From Mycoplasma sp. CAG:472 (lineage in GTDB: Bacteria; Bacillota_I; Bacilli_A; RF39; UBA660), in contig FR899415.1 in the NCBI GenBank assembly GCA_000437315.1, positions 23,713-87,712 on the forward strand: 64,000 bases of DNA, read 5' to 3'. The number at the start of each line of letters is the position of its first letter. Position 1 is the first letter of the stretch. The notes beneath the pieces were generated by a model, which ran no database searches, had not been told where the DNA came from, and saw only the letters and a list, made by a program, of their open reading frames with translations. Shown piece after piece: positions 20,802-29,661 of the stretch. A program made the translations under genes and the position numbers.

Positions 20802-21170
20802 TTATAATAAATTAAGTTCACTTTTTAAACCATTTTGTAAAACTTTAGAAAAGTTAATATCTTTTGATTCAGCTAATTTTTTAAACCATTCTGGCATTGT
20901 TACTGTAGTTTTAACTGTTTTATTAGAAAGTTTTTGTTCGTGTTCAAAAGTATTCAATTCAACCATTGTAATAAATTCATTTTTCTTAACTTTAATATTC
21001 ATATAATCATTTGTAGGAGCAGGAAGTTCTTTTAAATCAGGTAATATATTATATAAAGCATCTTGTGCCATATAATATGCATCCTCAAATCCGATTCCAA
21101 AAGTAAATACATTATCAAAGTCTAAAAAAGTAACATTATATGCATTACCTTCTTTAGAAAATTTTGCTGG
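20802..21170 (-). pseudogene. hicB-like antitoxin, apparently disrupted (in-frame TAA five codons after the ATG at 21186-21188)
   Basis: Minus-strand translation reads MNNYF-stop-PAKFSKEGNAYNVTFLDFDNVFTFGIGFEDAYYMAQDALYNILPDLKELPAP...MPEWFKKLAESKDINFSKVLQNGL. This matches the HicB fold (RNase-H-like N-domain plus C-terminal DNA-binding tail). The only downstream ATG (21071) would give an N-terminally truncated 89-aa product. Confidence 0.45.
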
Positions 21171-21226
21171 TTAAAAATAATTATTCATATTTTTTTATGG
21201 TAGATATATTTTATATATGAGTCTGG

Positions 21227-21390
21227 TTATAATTTAATACCAGTACTCTTGATAATATTTGATAAAGTTCCCACAGGAATATCTCCTTTATGGTAGGGAA
21301 TGATATACATACGTGTGCTTTTTTTAAATTTAATATTTGAACCTTTTTAAGATACAACTTCCTATTCATGTTTTTTCAGCTTCTTTATCA
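21227..21390 (-). pseudogene. hicA-like toxin remnant (frameshifted)
   Basis: C-terminal frame encodes KGSNIKFKKSTRMYIIPYHKGDIPVGTLSNIIKSTGIKL, resembling the HicA consensus KGSHHIFKHP...VPHPKKDLGKGLVRAILKQAGL. The N-terminal part MNRKLYLKKVQIL lies in a different frame and is preceded by an in-frame stop. Confidence 0.45.
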
Positions 21391-21442
21391 ATACTTTAGC
21401 AACTACCATTTTCCTTTCCTCATATATTAATTTTTTAAACCT

Positions 21443-21483
21443 TGTTGACTAAATTTGTGGCATTTTGTTGACTACATTTGTGA
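21443..21483. promoter_or_regulatory. tandem 18-nt direct repeats TTGTTGACTAAATTTGTG / TTGTTGACTACATTTGTG (putative operator)
   Basis: Two near-identical copies separated by 5 nt, immediately upstream (minus orientation) of the hicA-like remnant. Confidence 0.4.
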
Positions 21484-21502
21484 TAAAAATAAAAAGTCCT
21501 TT

Positions 21503-21814
21503 TCAGAACTTTCTAAATAAATTACTATGTGATCCAGTTTCAACTAGAATAAGTATTAATTTATTGTTATCATATTTATAAATTAATAGCCAATCCGGTT
21601 CAATATGACATTCATAACAATCTTTATAATACCTATCATTAATTAATGAATGATTTTTATATCTTAAATCCAATGTTTCACAATTGATAAGCTTATTAAT
21701 TAACGTGTTAAGTTTAGTTAAATCCTTACCTTGTTTATAAACTTTTTTTATTGCTTTATTAAAAGATTTTGTACTGACAACTTTATACGTCCCATTCTCA
21801 TAATCAATTATCAA
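21503..21814 (-). CDS. yafQ: type II toxin-antitoxin system YafQ/RelE-family toxin
   Basis: HIEPDWLLIYKYDNNKLILILVETGSHSNLF closely matches the YafQ consensus (HVEPDWILIYK...RTGTHAALF). Confidence 0.8.
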   Translation of the reverse strand: MIIDYENGTYKVVSTKSFNKAIKKVYKQGKDLTKLNTLINKLINCETLDLRYKNHSLINDRYYKDCYECHIEPDWLLIYKYDNNKLILILVETGSHSNLFRKF

Positions 21815-22088
21815 GTATATCTTTCATTAAATCTTCAGCACTGCTATATGCTTTCGAATTAACTTTTCCTTTAATAATTTTGTCAGTCTCTTTTAAAGCT
21901 TTTTTAAGTTTATGATTAGGTACTCTATTCTTAACTTCAAAAGGAATTCCATTATGTTTCACAATTTGCTTTAAATAGATATTAATTGCGGTAGTCATAT
22001 TTAAACCAAGTTCATCTAAAACTTTACTCGCTTCCTTTTTAGTTTCAGCATTAACATTGACATTAAGACTGCTAGTTATAGAGCTCAT
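21804..22088 (-). CDS. dinJ: type II toxin-antitoxin system DinJ/RelB-family antitoxin
   Basis: 94-aa protein. N-terminal RHH-like segment (SSLNVNVNAETKKEASKVLDELGLNMTTAINIYLKQIVKHNGIPFEV) resembles DinJ. Overlaps the yafQ start by 11 nt. Confidence 0.75.
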   Translation of the reverse strand: MSSITSSLNVNVNAETKKEASKVLDELGLNMTTAINIYLKQIVKHNGIPFEVKNRVPNHKLKKALKETDKIIKGKVNSKAYSSAEDLMKDILDN

Positions 22089-22159
22089 TTAATCATCTCC
22101 TTCCACAAAAAGAATATCATATAATCTTTATAATGTCAACATACTATCATTATCTTTTT

Positions 22160-22190
22160 ATTCAAAAATAAAAAAGCCCTTGTGGGCCTT
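22160..22190 (-). terminator. Rho-independent terminator (GCCCACAAGGGC plus U-tract)
   Basis: GC-rich hairpin, conspicuous in this AT-rich DNA, followed by TTTTTTATTTTT on the minus strand just past the stop of the Cys-rich gene. Confidence 0.7.
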
Positions 22191-22196
22191 AAAAGT

Positions 22197-22634
22197 TTAG
22201 CAAACGCAATCTACATAACAATCAGTTAAACATCTAATACAGCATAGACAGCTACAATCCATTGTGAAAAATGAATTCGTAGAAACATAAGGATTTAGTG
22301 ATGTTTCATCTGGATTAGTTACTAAAACTCTGAAAGTACAACAATTGCCCTCGATTTTCTCTACTCTAAATACAGTTGAGCAAGTATCACTTGTAGTTCC
22401 TGCAGCGCAAGCTGTCGCTTCTTTAGCTATTGGCATTGACCAAGGTTGCCCATTTGCACAGCATGTATAAAGCATTACTGGTCTTGTATTACAAATAAGG
22501 CAATTTGCTCCACCACCTAGCATAGGTCTATCACATGTATCTAAACAGTTCTCTGGACAAGCATTTTCCTGAAGAACTAATATAACTGATAGTATTTCAT
22601 TTATGCAGTTTCCGTTTTTATTTGTGCAATTCAT
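22197..22634 (-). CDS. cysteine-rich protein (26 Cys in 145 aa), possible spore coat/exosporium protein
   Basis: Cys clusters (CPENCLDTCDRP, CLICNTRP, GNCCTF, MDCSCLCCIRCLTDCYVDCVC). Strong SD (GAGAGGGTGA). Upstream CATAAATTA fits a sigma-K -10 (CATAnnnTA). Confidence 0.6.
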   Translation of the reverse strand: MNCTNKNGNCINEILSVILVLQENACPENCLDTCDRPMLGGGANCLICNTRPVMLYTCCANGQPWSMPIAKEATACAAGTTSDTCSTVFRVEKIEGNCCTFRVLVTNPDETSLNPYVSTNSFFTMDCSCLCCIRCLTDCYVDCVC

Positions 22635-22738
22635 AAATAATCACCCTCTCTTTTACTTTCATTATAATTTATGTGAAAAAACAAAAAATGTGATTTACAT
22701 AATAAAGTTATTTTGATAAAATTATTATTGGAGGAAAT

Positions 22739-23062
22739 ATGTTAAATAATATTTATGTACAATATGCTATTATAGCAATAATTATTACCCTTATCGTTTT
22801 AGTGGTTTTAAAACTTAGAAAGAAAAACTTTAATATCGAAGCAAATAAACTTATCACATATCTTGGCGGAAAAGACAACATAATAAATGCTGAAGCAAAT
22901 ATGAGTAGATTTAAAGTCATTTTAAAGGATACTAAACTTGTAGATAAGGAAGGTATTCAAAAACTTGGTGCTCAAGGCATCGTTGAAATTGATAATCAAT
23001 TAAAAATAATATTTGGTAAAGATGCCAAAACTTTAAAAAAATATATTAGTGAAATTGTCTAA
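22739..23062 (+). CDS. membrane-anchored protein with degenerate PTS EIIB(Glc)-like domain (catalytic Cys absent)
   Basis: TM helix followed by ITYLGGKDNIINAEANMSRFKVILKDTKLVDKEGIQKLGAQGIVEIDNQLKIIFG. This parallels the EIIB fold motif (LGGKENI..CITRLR....GA.GV....Q.IFG), but the phosphorylatable Cys is not present. Confidence 0.55.
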   Translation: MLNNIYVQYAIIAIIITLIVLVVLKLRKKNFNIEANKLITYLGGKDNIINAEANMSRFKVILKDTKLVDKEGIQKLGAQGIVEIDNQLKIIFGKDAKTLKKYISEIV

Positions 23063-23071
23063 TATATTTTT

Positions 23072-23365
23072 TTATACTTTCTCAATATTTTTAATATCCT
23101 TAATTGGAAGTTTTTCACCCTTTAAGGTTAATAAATATGTACTTGTTTTACCTACAATAGTGCATTCTTTAACATCACTTTCAAAATAAACTCGACATCT
23201 TGATTTATAAACAAAGTCCTTTGATGAAAATATTTTATTTATTTTACTAACTATACTTTCATTTGAACTTACCCCTGGAATAGACATCTTGCCATAAAAA
23301 CGATCTTGTGAATTATTTAACTTTTTCTTAATTTCAAATGCCGATACACTTGGTAAATTATCCAT
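23072..23365 (-). CDS. hypothetical protein (97 aa)
   Basis: ORF only. Confidence 0.4.
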   Translation of the reverse strand: MDNLPSVSAFEIKKKLNNSQDRFYGKMSIPGVSSNESIVSKINKIFSSKDFVYKSRCRVYFESDVKECTIVGKTSTYLLTLKGEKLPIKDIKNIEKV

Positions 23366-23421
23366 TTAAATCACCCACTATAATATATGATATTTTTTTA
23401 AATTTAGACAATAATAATAGT

Positions 23422-24480
23422 ATGAAACATATAAAAAGAAATATTTTAATATCTATATTTTTATTAATGATTATAAGTGTAATAAATATTTATAATGCAA
23501 AGTACTTAAATAGTTTATATACTTATTACTATATCAAAGATATTATTTGGTATGTTTTAGGATTTATAACTTTCTTTTTTATAACTAAAATTAATACTAA
23601 AAAAATATTCAATATAAGTTTTATTTTATATATTATTAATATCGTTTTACTTATATTAACCTTAATAATTGGTAAAGAAATAAATGGATCTAAAGGCTGG
23701 CTTAAAATAGGAAGTATATCTATTCAACCAAGTGAATTTATGAAGCTTACTCTTACCATATTTTTAATTAAAGTATCTCTTATCAAAGAAAAAAATAGTA
23801 AAAATATTTTAAAATTAATTATTATTACTTTTATTCCCTCATTACTAGTATTTTTAGAACCAGATACGGGAGCCATAATATTTTATATTATAATTCTTAT
23901 AACAATATTATTTACTAAAAATATAAATTATAAATATAAAGTATTTTTAGGTATAACTTTACTTTTTAGTTTTATATTAGGAATTTATTTAATAAAAAAT
24001 CCTTTGTTAATTCAAAATATTTTTAATAATGAAAATTATCGTATAAAAAGAATATTAAACTACAAACAAAGTTATCAAATGGATATGGCACTTACAAATA
24101 TTTACAGTACACCTTTTATAAGAAATGGTTTTAATAAAATACTTCTTTATTTACCCGAAGGTATAACTGATTTTATATTAGATTTTACTATTGGTAATTT
24201 TGGGTTTATTAGTCTATATATTATTTTACTTTTATATCTAAATATTATTTTTAATCTATGTAAACTTATTAAAAGTTCTAATGATAAAAAAACTAATTAC
24301 TTAATAATTAGCTTTATCATTATGTTTTTTATTAATATTGCAATTAATGTTTCTATGAACCTTGGCACTTTTCCAATTATTGGTATAACTCTTCCTTTTC
24401 TTTCTTATGGTGGTAGTAGCCTACTTTTTTACTTTATCTTTTTAGGTCTTATCTTTTCTTTAGTTAATAAGGATACTTAG
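23422..24480 (+). CDS. SEDS family protein (FtsW/RodA/SpoVE-like peptidoglycan glycosyltransferase)
   Basis: Polytopic membrane protein with GSKGWLKIGSISIQPSEFMKL and the conserved C-terminal region (GTFPIIGITLPFLSYGGSS). Likely start MKHIKRN. Confidence 0.8.
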   Translation: MKHIKRNILISIFLLMIISVINIYNAKYLNSLYTYYYIKDIIWYVLGFITFFFITKINTKKIFNISFILYIINIVLLILTLIIGKEINGSKGWLKIGSISIQPSEFMKLTLTIFLIKVSLIKEKNSKNILKLIIITFIPSLLVFLEPDTGAIIFYIIILITILFTKNINYKYKVFLGITLLFSFILGIYLIKNPLLIQNIFNNENYRIKRILNYKQSYQMDMALTNIYSTPFIRNGFNKILLYLPEGITDFILDFTIGNFGFISLYIILLLYLNIIFNLCKLIKSSNDKKTNYLIISFIIMFFINIAINVSMNLGTFPIIGITLPFLSYGGSSLLFYFIFLGLIFSLVNKDT

Positions 24481-24676
24481 GCATATAGTATGAATATGAA
24501 TAATTTCCTGATGGATAATATGGATTAAATCCCATATTTGGTGCTGCATTTATAATTGGTCTAGGTCTAGTAAGTCCTACGGCTGCTCCTCCGGCAAGGC
24601 CACCGAGTAAAAATGGTACAAAAAATTGTCTATCAGAACTAATATATGTTGGATATATTTTTTTATATGGATACAT
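24464..24676 (-). CDS. small Tyr/Gly/Pro-rich protein (70 aa), possible spore coat component
   Basis: Composition (PYYPSGNYSYSYYMPKYPY, GGLAGGAAVG). Upstream CATATTTTA matches the sigma-K -10 pattern. Confidence 0.4.
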   Translation of the reverse strand: MYPYKKIYPTYISSDRQFFVPFLLGGLAGGAAVGLTRPRPIINAAPNMGFNPYYPSGNYSYSYYMPKYPY

Positions 24677-24772
24677 TTAAAACCCATCCTTTCTATAATA
24701 AAATATGTAAAAAGTTTAAATTAACAAGTTAAATAGCCTAATTTCCTTTATTTAACATAAAATTTTAATATA

Positions 24773-25120
24773 ATGATTAGAAATTTTCCTCCAAACTATG
24801 ATCCAAATTTATTTTCAATGGTAGCTGCAATTGCGGGTGCTATTGTTGTCGGAGATTTTGATGATTATGAACTCAATTCTATAGGTAACTGGATAATTTT
24901 ATTTGGCCAATATTTACTTACATTTGCATCTCAGCAGCAACTAATAGAGCAAAGAATCGAAGGACATAATATTAATATAAATTCTAGAAAAGCTAAAATG
25001 GGAGGAAGTCCATATTCAAATGACAAAAGTAATTTAAATCAGCAATATGAAATAGACTATCTTTTAAAGGCAATTAAAATAATCGAAGAAAAGTTAAATG
25101 AAATCAATAAAAAAATATAG
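24773..25120 (+). CDS. hypothetical protein (115 aa)
   Basis: ORF only. Its stop lies inside the terminator hairpin at 25115..25140. Confidence 0.4.
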   Translation: MIRNFPPNYDPNLFSMVAAIAGAIVVGDFDDYELNSIGNWIILFGQYLLTFASQQQLIEQRIEGHNININSRKAKMGGSPYSNDKSNLNQQYEIDYLLKAIKIIEEKLNEINKKI

Positions 25121-25140
25121 TAAATTATACTACATTTTTT
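25115..25140. terminator. bidirectional Rho-independent terminator (A-tract, ATATAGTA-loop-TACTACAT, T-tract)
   Basis: Hairpin flanked by A6 and T6 between convergent genes. A near-identical copy lies at 29538..29566. Confidence 0.55.
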
Positions 25141-25871
25141 CTAATTAAAGTCATATATTTATCATCATATTCAAAAACTTTAGTATTTTCGTACTTTTTA
25201 TATAGATTAGTTATATAATTACCAATATATATTGAGGCAACTGTATATTCACCTAACATATACAAAGTAAATTGTTCAGCAATAAACTCCTCAGGATTTT
25301 TAAGTGAGTAACATGAATAATTTTGAAATCTTTTTTTCATCAAAACATCTACATTAGTCATAAAATGCTCGTTATAAGACAAAAATAAAAGATTTGAAAG
25401 TATATGACCAACTTCATGAAAGACAACACCTTTTATATTATAAGCATTAAAAATATTTTTTGATTTTCCAGTATAAATTTTTTGATAAAGTTTTGAGTAT
25501 GAAAGTAATTCATTAACTGATATAGATTCAAAATACGATTTACCATATATAAGTCTTTCCTCATAACTTAATTCACCATTTACGTATGGATTTAAAATAT
25601 TTTTATTAGGTACTTCATTAGCAAATGCAAGAATTTTAAAATAAAGTTTTAACTTGTATAAAGAAGAATAGGATAAATTTCCATTATAATAAAGTTTATA
25701 TATTTTATTAATATCATCAAAAGCATTTTCAATTGAACCAATATAATTGATTCTATTTTTTAAATTTGGAAATTTTTTAAAAACTTCGTTAAAAGCCTCA
25801 TATACTTCATCTGCTATTTTTACATCAATACCTGTAAAATCAAATATATTATCTACCATAAGAATTACCAT
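25125..25871 (-). CDS. HExxH zincin-like putative metallopeptidase (paralog of 28179..28904)
   Basis: FHEVGHILSNLLFL motif. Shares overall similarity with the 241-aa ORF carrying YHEIGHILSRML. Confidence 0.55.
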   Translation of the reverse strand: MVILMVDNIFDFTGIDVKIADEVYEAFNEVFKKFPNLKNRINYIGSIENAFDDINKIYKLYYNGNLSYSSLYKLKLYFKILAFANEVPNKNILNPYVNGELSYEERLIYGKSYFESISVNELLSYSKLYQKIYTGKSKNIFNAYNIKGVVFHEVGHILSNLLFLSYNEHFMTNVDVLMKKRFQNYSCYSLKNPEEFIAEQFTLYMLGEYTVASIYIGNYITNLYKKYENTKVFEYDDKYMTLIRKNVV

Positions 25872-26562
25872 TTTCTAAAGTGGCTTTTGTTTCATCACTT
25901 AAATATGGATATACGTTTTCAAATAATTTTTGATTAAATGATTTCATAAGGTTAAATACTACTTTACCAGAATAGTCATAATTTTTCCAAACCTTAATTG
26001 AATGTTTTGATATGATGGCCAGAGCTAGTTTACTGTCAATTTCTGGAACTTCACATGAAATTTTTGTAATATCTAAATTATTTTTAATCATATTTTTTTC
26101 AAATTCTGGATTGCACATCATATATTCAATTACAAACCTTTTATATTCTTTAAGAAGTTCATTATAATAAGTAGGATTTTCCTCTTTGCTTTGATCATTT
26201 AAAATTACTTCATATAAATCCTTTAATGTTTTAACAAAAAAACTGTGAACTAACAAATCTTTTGACCCAGTAGCTAAATTATAATTATATGCTATTTTAA
26301 AATCTAGTCTATTATAATATAATTCTTCAGTAACCTTTGCATCACTATTGGGAATAACATTACCTAAAAAAGCAATTAAGTCATCTTCATACTTAATCAT
26401 CGATGCAATACTCTTTAATGATTTTGCAATTTCTTTTTGGTTATTAACCTCAAGTGCATTAAGTAATGTTACATATTCTTCAATAATATCAGAACTATTT
26501 AATAATAACTCTCCCTCAGCTAACTTTTGTTTTAAATACTTTCTTTCTTTACCATTTAACAT
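25849..26562 (-). CDS. hypothetical protein, family X member (237 aa)
   Basis: Paralog of 29662..30366 (YMMCNPEFE, LDITKISC.VP.IDS) and more distantly of 26651..27409 and 27399..28175. Confidence 0.6.
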   Translation of the reverse strand: MLNGKERKYLKQKLAEGELLLNSSDIIEEYVTLLNALEVNNQKEIAKSLKSIASMIKYEDDLIAFLGNVIPNSDAKVTEELYYNRLDFKIAYNYNLATGSKDLLVHSFFVKTLKDLYEVILNDQSKEENPTYYNELLKEYKRFVIEYMMCNPEFEKNMIKNNLDITKISCEVPEIDSKLALAIISKHSIKVWKNYDYSGKVVFNLMKSFNQKLFENVYPYLSDETKATLENGNSYGR

Positions 26563-26650
26563 ATATACTACCTTCCCTTTCTAATTAATAATGTATCATA
26601 AATACTAAAAGCTTTATTTTTGTCATCATTTTTTATAGCACTTTGCATAA

Positions 26651-27409
26651 CTATCTTCCTTTAAAATATCCCTTTGCACAATTATATAATGCATTCAAAT
26701 AATAATTATCATTGTTACTTTCTACTATGTCTTCTAGATAATTAAGTACTTCATTTTTACTATTTTCATCCATAGACAAAAAGTAATTTTCAAATAACTT
26801 TTGATCAAATAAATTTTCAACAATACTTTTTGGATCATAACTTGGATTAATACTTGCAATAAGATTAATAATTTCAAAACAATTTTCTAGTGCAAATGAA
26901 GGCTCAAGTGGTGGCAAATCCACATTTATTTTAGTAATGTCAAATCCTAAATTGAGCATTTTTCTTTCAAAATCTGGATTTTGTATCATGCTTTTGATAG
27001 AACTTTCTAAATATGCTTGTTTTATTTTTTGATTAAAATTAGAATCCGTTTTGTCTAGTTCAAGTTTGCCTGAAAAAATTATATCATAGATATCTTTTAA
27101 TGCTTTTATGTGATAACTATATTCCTTAAAATCCTCTTCGTTATTATTTTTTTTACGAAAATACTCATTTTTATAAGACAGTCTCATTTGCCATGTATGC
27201 TCATAACCTTCTATCTGATGATCATAGTTTTTGCTATTTAAATAATCTATCATATTATCCTCGTATTCAATTAAACTAATTATCTTTTTTATTGTATTTT
27301 CAGCCTCAGTTTGTTTTCCTAATTTCATTGCAAGTAATATATCTTCATAATGAGTTACAATTGCAATACTTACACCATAAAGTGCCATCTGTACTTCTTT
27401 ATCTTCCAT
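26651..27409 (-). CDS. hypothetical protein, family X member (252 aa)
   Basis: IQNPDFERKMLNLGFDITKINVDLPPLE aligns with the family X motif. Confidence 0.55.
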   Translation of the reverse strand: MEDKEVQMALYGVSIAIVTHYEDILLAMKLGKQTEAENTIKKIISLIEYEDNMIDYLNSKNYDHQIEGYEHTWQMRLSYKNEYFRKKNNNEEDFKEYSYHIKALKDIYDIIFSGKLELDKTDSNFNQKIKQAYLESSIKSMIQNPDFERKMLNLGFDITKINVDLPPLEPSFALENCFEIINLIASINPSYDPKSIVENLFDQKLFENYFLSMDENSKNEVLNYLEDIVESNNDNYYLNALYNCAKGYFKGR

Positions 27410-28175
27410 AACTTATACCTCTTTCATTTATAACCTTTTTAAATTCAAAAATTATAAAATTACATTTCTTTAATGAATATAAATAATCTTTTATATCTAA
27501 AAAATCCTCATAATCTAAATTATTAACTAAATATTCAAATAAATATTTTCTTTTTAAAGTTTTCAAAGTATTATCTTCATCAAAAACTATATCATTTAAA
27601 CCCTCAGCATATAATATTAAATTCATTGTTTCGTTTTTTATGTTTTCTTCATTACAATCTGTATAAACAACATTATTTAAATCAAAATTTGCAGAAAGTA
27701 ACAATTCCTCCAACTCAGGACATAACATAACATCTGAAAAAAAACATGGATAAAGTTTTTTCTTCATATTTTCAAAAAATTTACTATCAACTTTTTTTAG
27801 GTCTAAAGTATCATTTAGTAAAACATTAAATATTTTTTTATATGAATAAGCATACGCATTTGCTCTTGCATAAATTACACTATCTTCTACATAAAAATAA
27901 TTTGTATTATAATAATTAATTATAAAAAAATATAATTTATCAAGATAAGCTGGATTATTTTCTTCGATATTATCTAAGGCATAATTATATAGATTCTCTA
28001 CAGTTTTTTCATCTAATGTAGCAAGTATTTCTTCTTCTCTAGATTTATATTCGTTTATTTTTTTTGATAATTCATATATATTTTTCTTATCATCTTTTTC
28101 AATAAAATTAATAAGTAATATATATAGCTGATACATTTCTTTAGCTATTTTTTTAAGTTCAATTAAATTTTCCAT
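27399..28175 (-). CDS. hypothetical protein, family X member (258 aa)
   Basis: VMLCPELEELLLSANFDLNNVV region parallels the family X motif. Overlaps neighbours in operon fashion. Confidence 0.5.
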   Translation of the reverse strand: MENLIELKKIAKEMYQLYILLINFIEKDDKKNIYELSKKINEYKSREEEILATLDEKTVENLYNYALDNIEENNPAYLDKLYFFIINYYNTNYFYVEDSVIYARANAYAYSYKKIFNVLLNDTLDLKKVDSKFFENMKKKLYPCFFSDVMLCPELEELLLSANFDLNNVVYTDCNEENIKNETMNLILYAEGLNDIVFDEDNTLKTLKRKYLFEYLVNNLDYEDFLDIKDYLYSLKKCNFIIFEFKKVINERGISYGR

Positions 28176-28178
28176 ATA

Positions 28179-28904
28179 CTACCTTTCTATTTTTAATACT
28201 TTTTCTTTATATAAATCCTGGCTATAAAAACCTTTACAGGCTTTTTCAAAATAACGATAGAATAAATCAATAGTTGTACCAATTGTATTTACTGCTTCAT
28301 TATAGTTTTGATCAACCATATATTTAGCAAAACAATCAGCAATAAATTCGCTTATCGAAGACATTGTATATTTTGGATAATTTTCATCTATTTGCATAAG
28401 TTCTTTTATTTTTTCTAATGTAACAATATTTTTTTCAATGCAAAGCATCCTCGATAAAATATGGCCTATTTCATGATAAACACAAGATGTAACATTTGTA
28501 CAATATGTCAAATTTTTTGTTTTAAATTGCCTAAACATATATCTTAAATCTTCATAAGAATCCTTTTCATTTATACATATTCCTGAAAAAAGTAATCTAT
28601 TATAATACATTAGAGCATTTAACTTTTCATAATTATTTGTATCATCAACATTAAGATAAGCAGCACAAAATGATGATGTTTTGTATAGGGTTTTTAAATC
28701 ATAATTTACGGGTCTTTGATTATAAGTTTGAACTGCCATAATATTTCTTTTTTCAAGTACATATGGATAATCACCAATACAATTTATAACATTTTTTAAA
28801 AGTGGATATCTTTGGAAACACTCCTCTAAAGCAGAAAAAAATTCAATTCCTATACGATAATCAATTTTAGATAAATTGCAATCTGGTACTCCGAAAATTT
28901 CCAT
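28179..28904 (-). CDS. HExxH zincin-like putative metallopeptidase (paralog of 25125..25871)
   Basis: CVYHEIGHILSRML motif. Confidence 0.55.
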   Translation of the reverse strand: MEIFGVPDCNLSKIDYRIGIEFFSALEECFQRYPLLKNVINCIGDYPYVLEKRNIMAVQTYNQRPVNYDLKTLYKTSSFCAAYLNVDDTNNYEKLNALMYYNRLLFSGICINEKDSYEDLRYMFRQFKTKNLTYCTNVTSCVYHEIGHILSRMLCIEKNIVTLEKIKELMQIDENYPKYTMSSISEFIADCFAKYMVDQNYNEAVNTIGTTIDLFYRYFEKACKGFYSQDLYKEKVLKIER

Positions 28905-28906
28905 AA

Positions 28907-29455
28907 TTAAATCCTTCTTTTTCTTGTTAAATCAATATTTAATTTATTAAGAACATCAATTTTCTTATATTTTAAATCTTCGAGTAAAGTATTTTCTTGT
29001 GTAATAGCATTGTCTACTGAAGTAACACTTAAAATATTTGCATAACCAGTTTTTTGAATATTAATTATAGTATTAATTAAATTATTAGCGATAACTTTTT
29101 CAATTTGGTTTATAGTTTCAATATCATTTATTTCCATGATTGCACCACCAGATTTAATTACTAAATCTTCATTTACTAAAGAAAAAGTAATTAAAAATTG
29201 TCCATTTGCAAAAGTTGTTGTTACATATTTAACAATTGAGTCTTCATCATTAAAGATATAATATTCAAATTCACTAGTCTCACTATTCATCACACTAATT
29301 TTATTATCTCCTTTTACAAGGATTAAAACATTACCTTTTATAAATACTCTTTGCATTGAGGCAAGATTTAGCATTCCATCACTGTTTTTAAGTGGATAAA
29401 TAAGTGCATTTTTTAAATTATAATAATATTTTTCTCTTAAATCTAAGTTTTTCAT
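28907..29455 (-). CDS. hypothetical protein (182 aa), first gene of array operon
   Basis: ORF only. Preceded by the duplicated promoter/UTR element. Confidence 0.45.
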   Translation of the reverse strand: MKNLDLREKYYYNLKNALIYPLKNSDGMLNLASMQRVFIKGNVLILVKGDNKISVMNSETSEFEYYIFNDEDSIVKYVTTTFANGQFLITFSLVNEDLVIKSGGAIMEINDIETINQIEKVIANNLINTIINIQKTGYANILSVTSVDNAITQENTLLEDLKYKKIDVLNKLNIDLTRKRRI

Positions 29456-29464
29456 GTTTATTCT

Positions 29465-29517
29465 CCCCCTTTTTCGTGAAACCTATGATAACACAAAATA
29501 AATAAATAGTCAAATTA
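29465..29517 (-). promoter_or_regulatory. promoter plus 5' UTR element, copy 1 (TTGACT-N17-TATCAT, then GGGGGAG SD)
   Basis: Minus-strand reading: TTGACTATTTATTTATTTTGTGTTATCATAGGTTTCACGAAAAAGGGGG. A 53-nt near-identical copy lies at 30409..30461. Confidence 0.5.
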
Positions 29518-29537
29518 TTGACATACCTAAAAAATAA

Positions 29538-29566
29538 TCAATAAAAAAATATAGTAATTTATACTA
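29538..29566. terminator. bidirectional terminator, copy 2 of the 25115..25140 element
   Basis: AATCAATAAAAAAATATAGTAATTTATACTACATTTTT differs from the first copy by one loop base. Confidence 0.5.
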
Positions 29567-29661
29567 CATTTTTAAAAATCGTTATAACATTCTAAAATAC
29601 TTTTCAAAGTACAGTTAATTCTATTATAAAAATTATAAAATATTCATAAATATTAATTATA

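Noticed and set aside
25125-28904. Assigning the HExxH proteins specifically to the ImmA/IrrE family
   Set aside because: Only the short HE(V/I)GHIL motif resembles ImmA/IrrE. No XRE-type HTH partner is adjacent, and many zincin families share HExxH, so I left the call as a generic zincin-like putative metallopeptidase.
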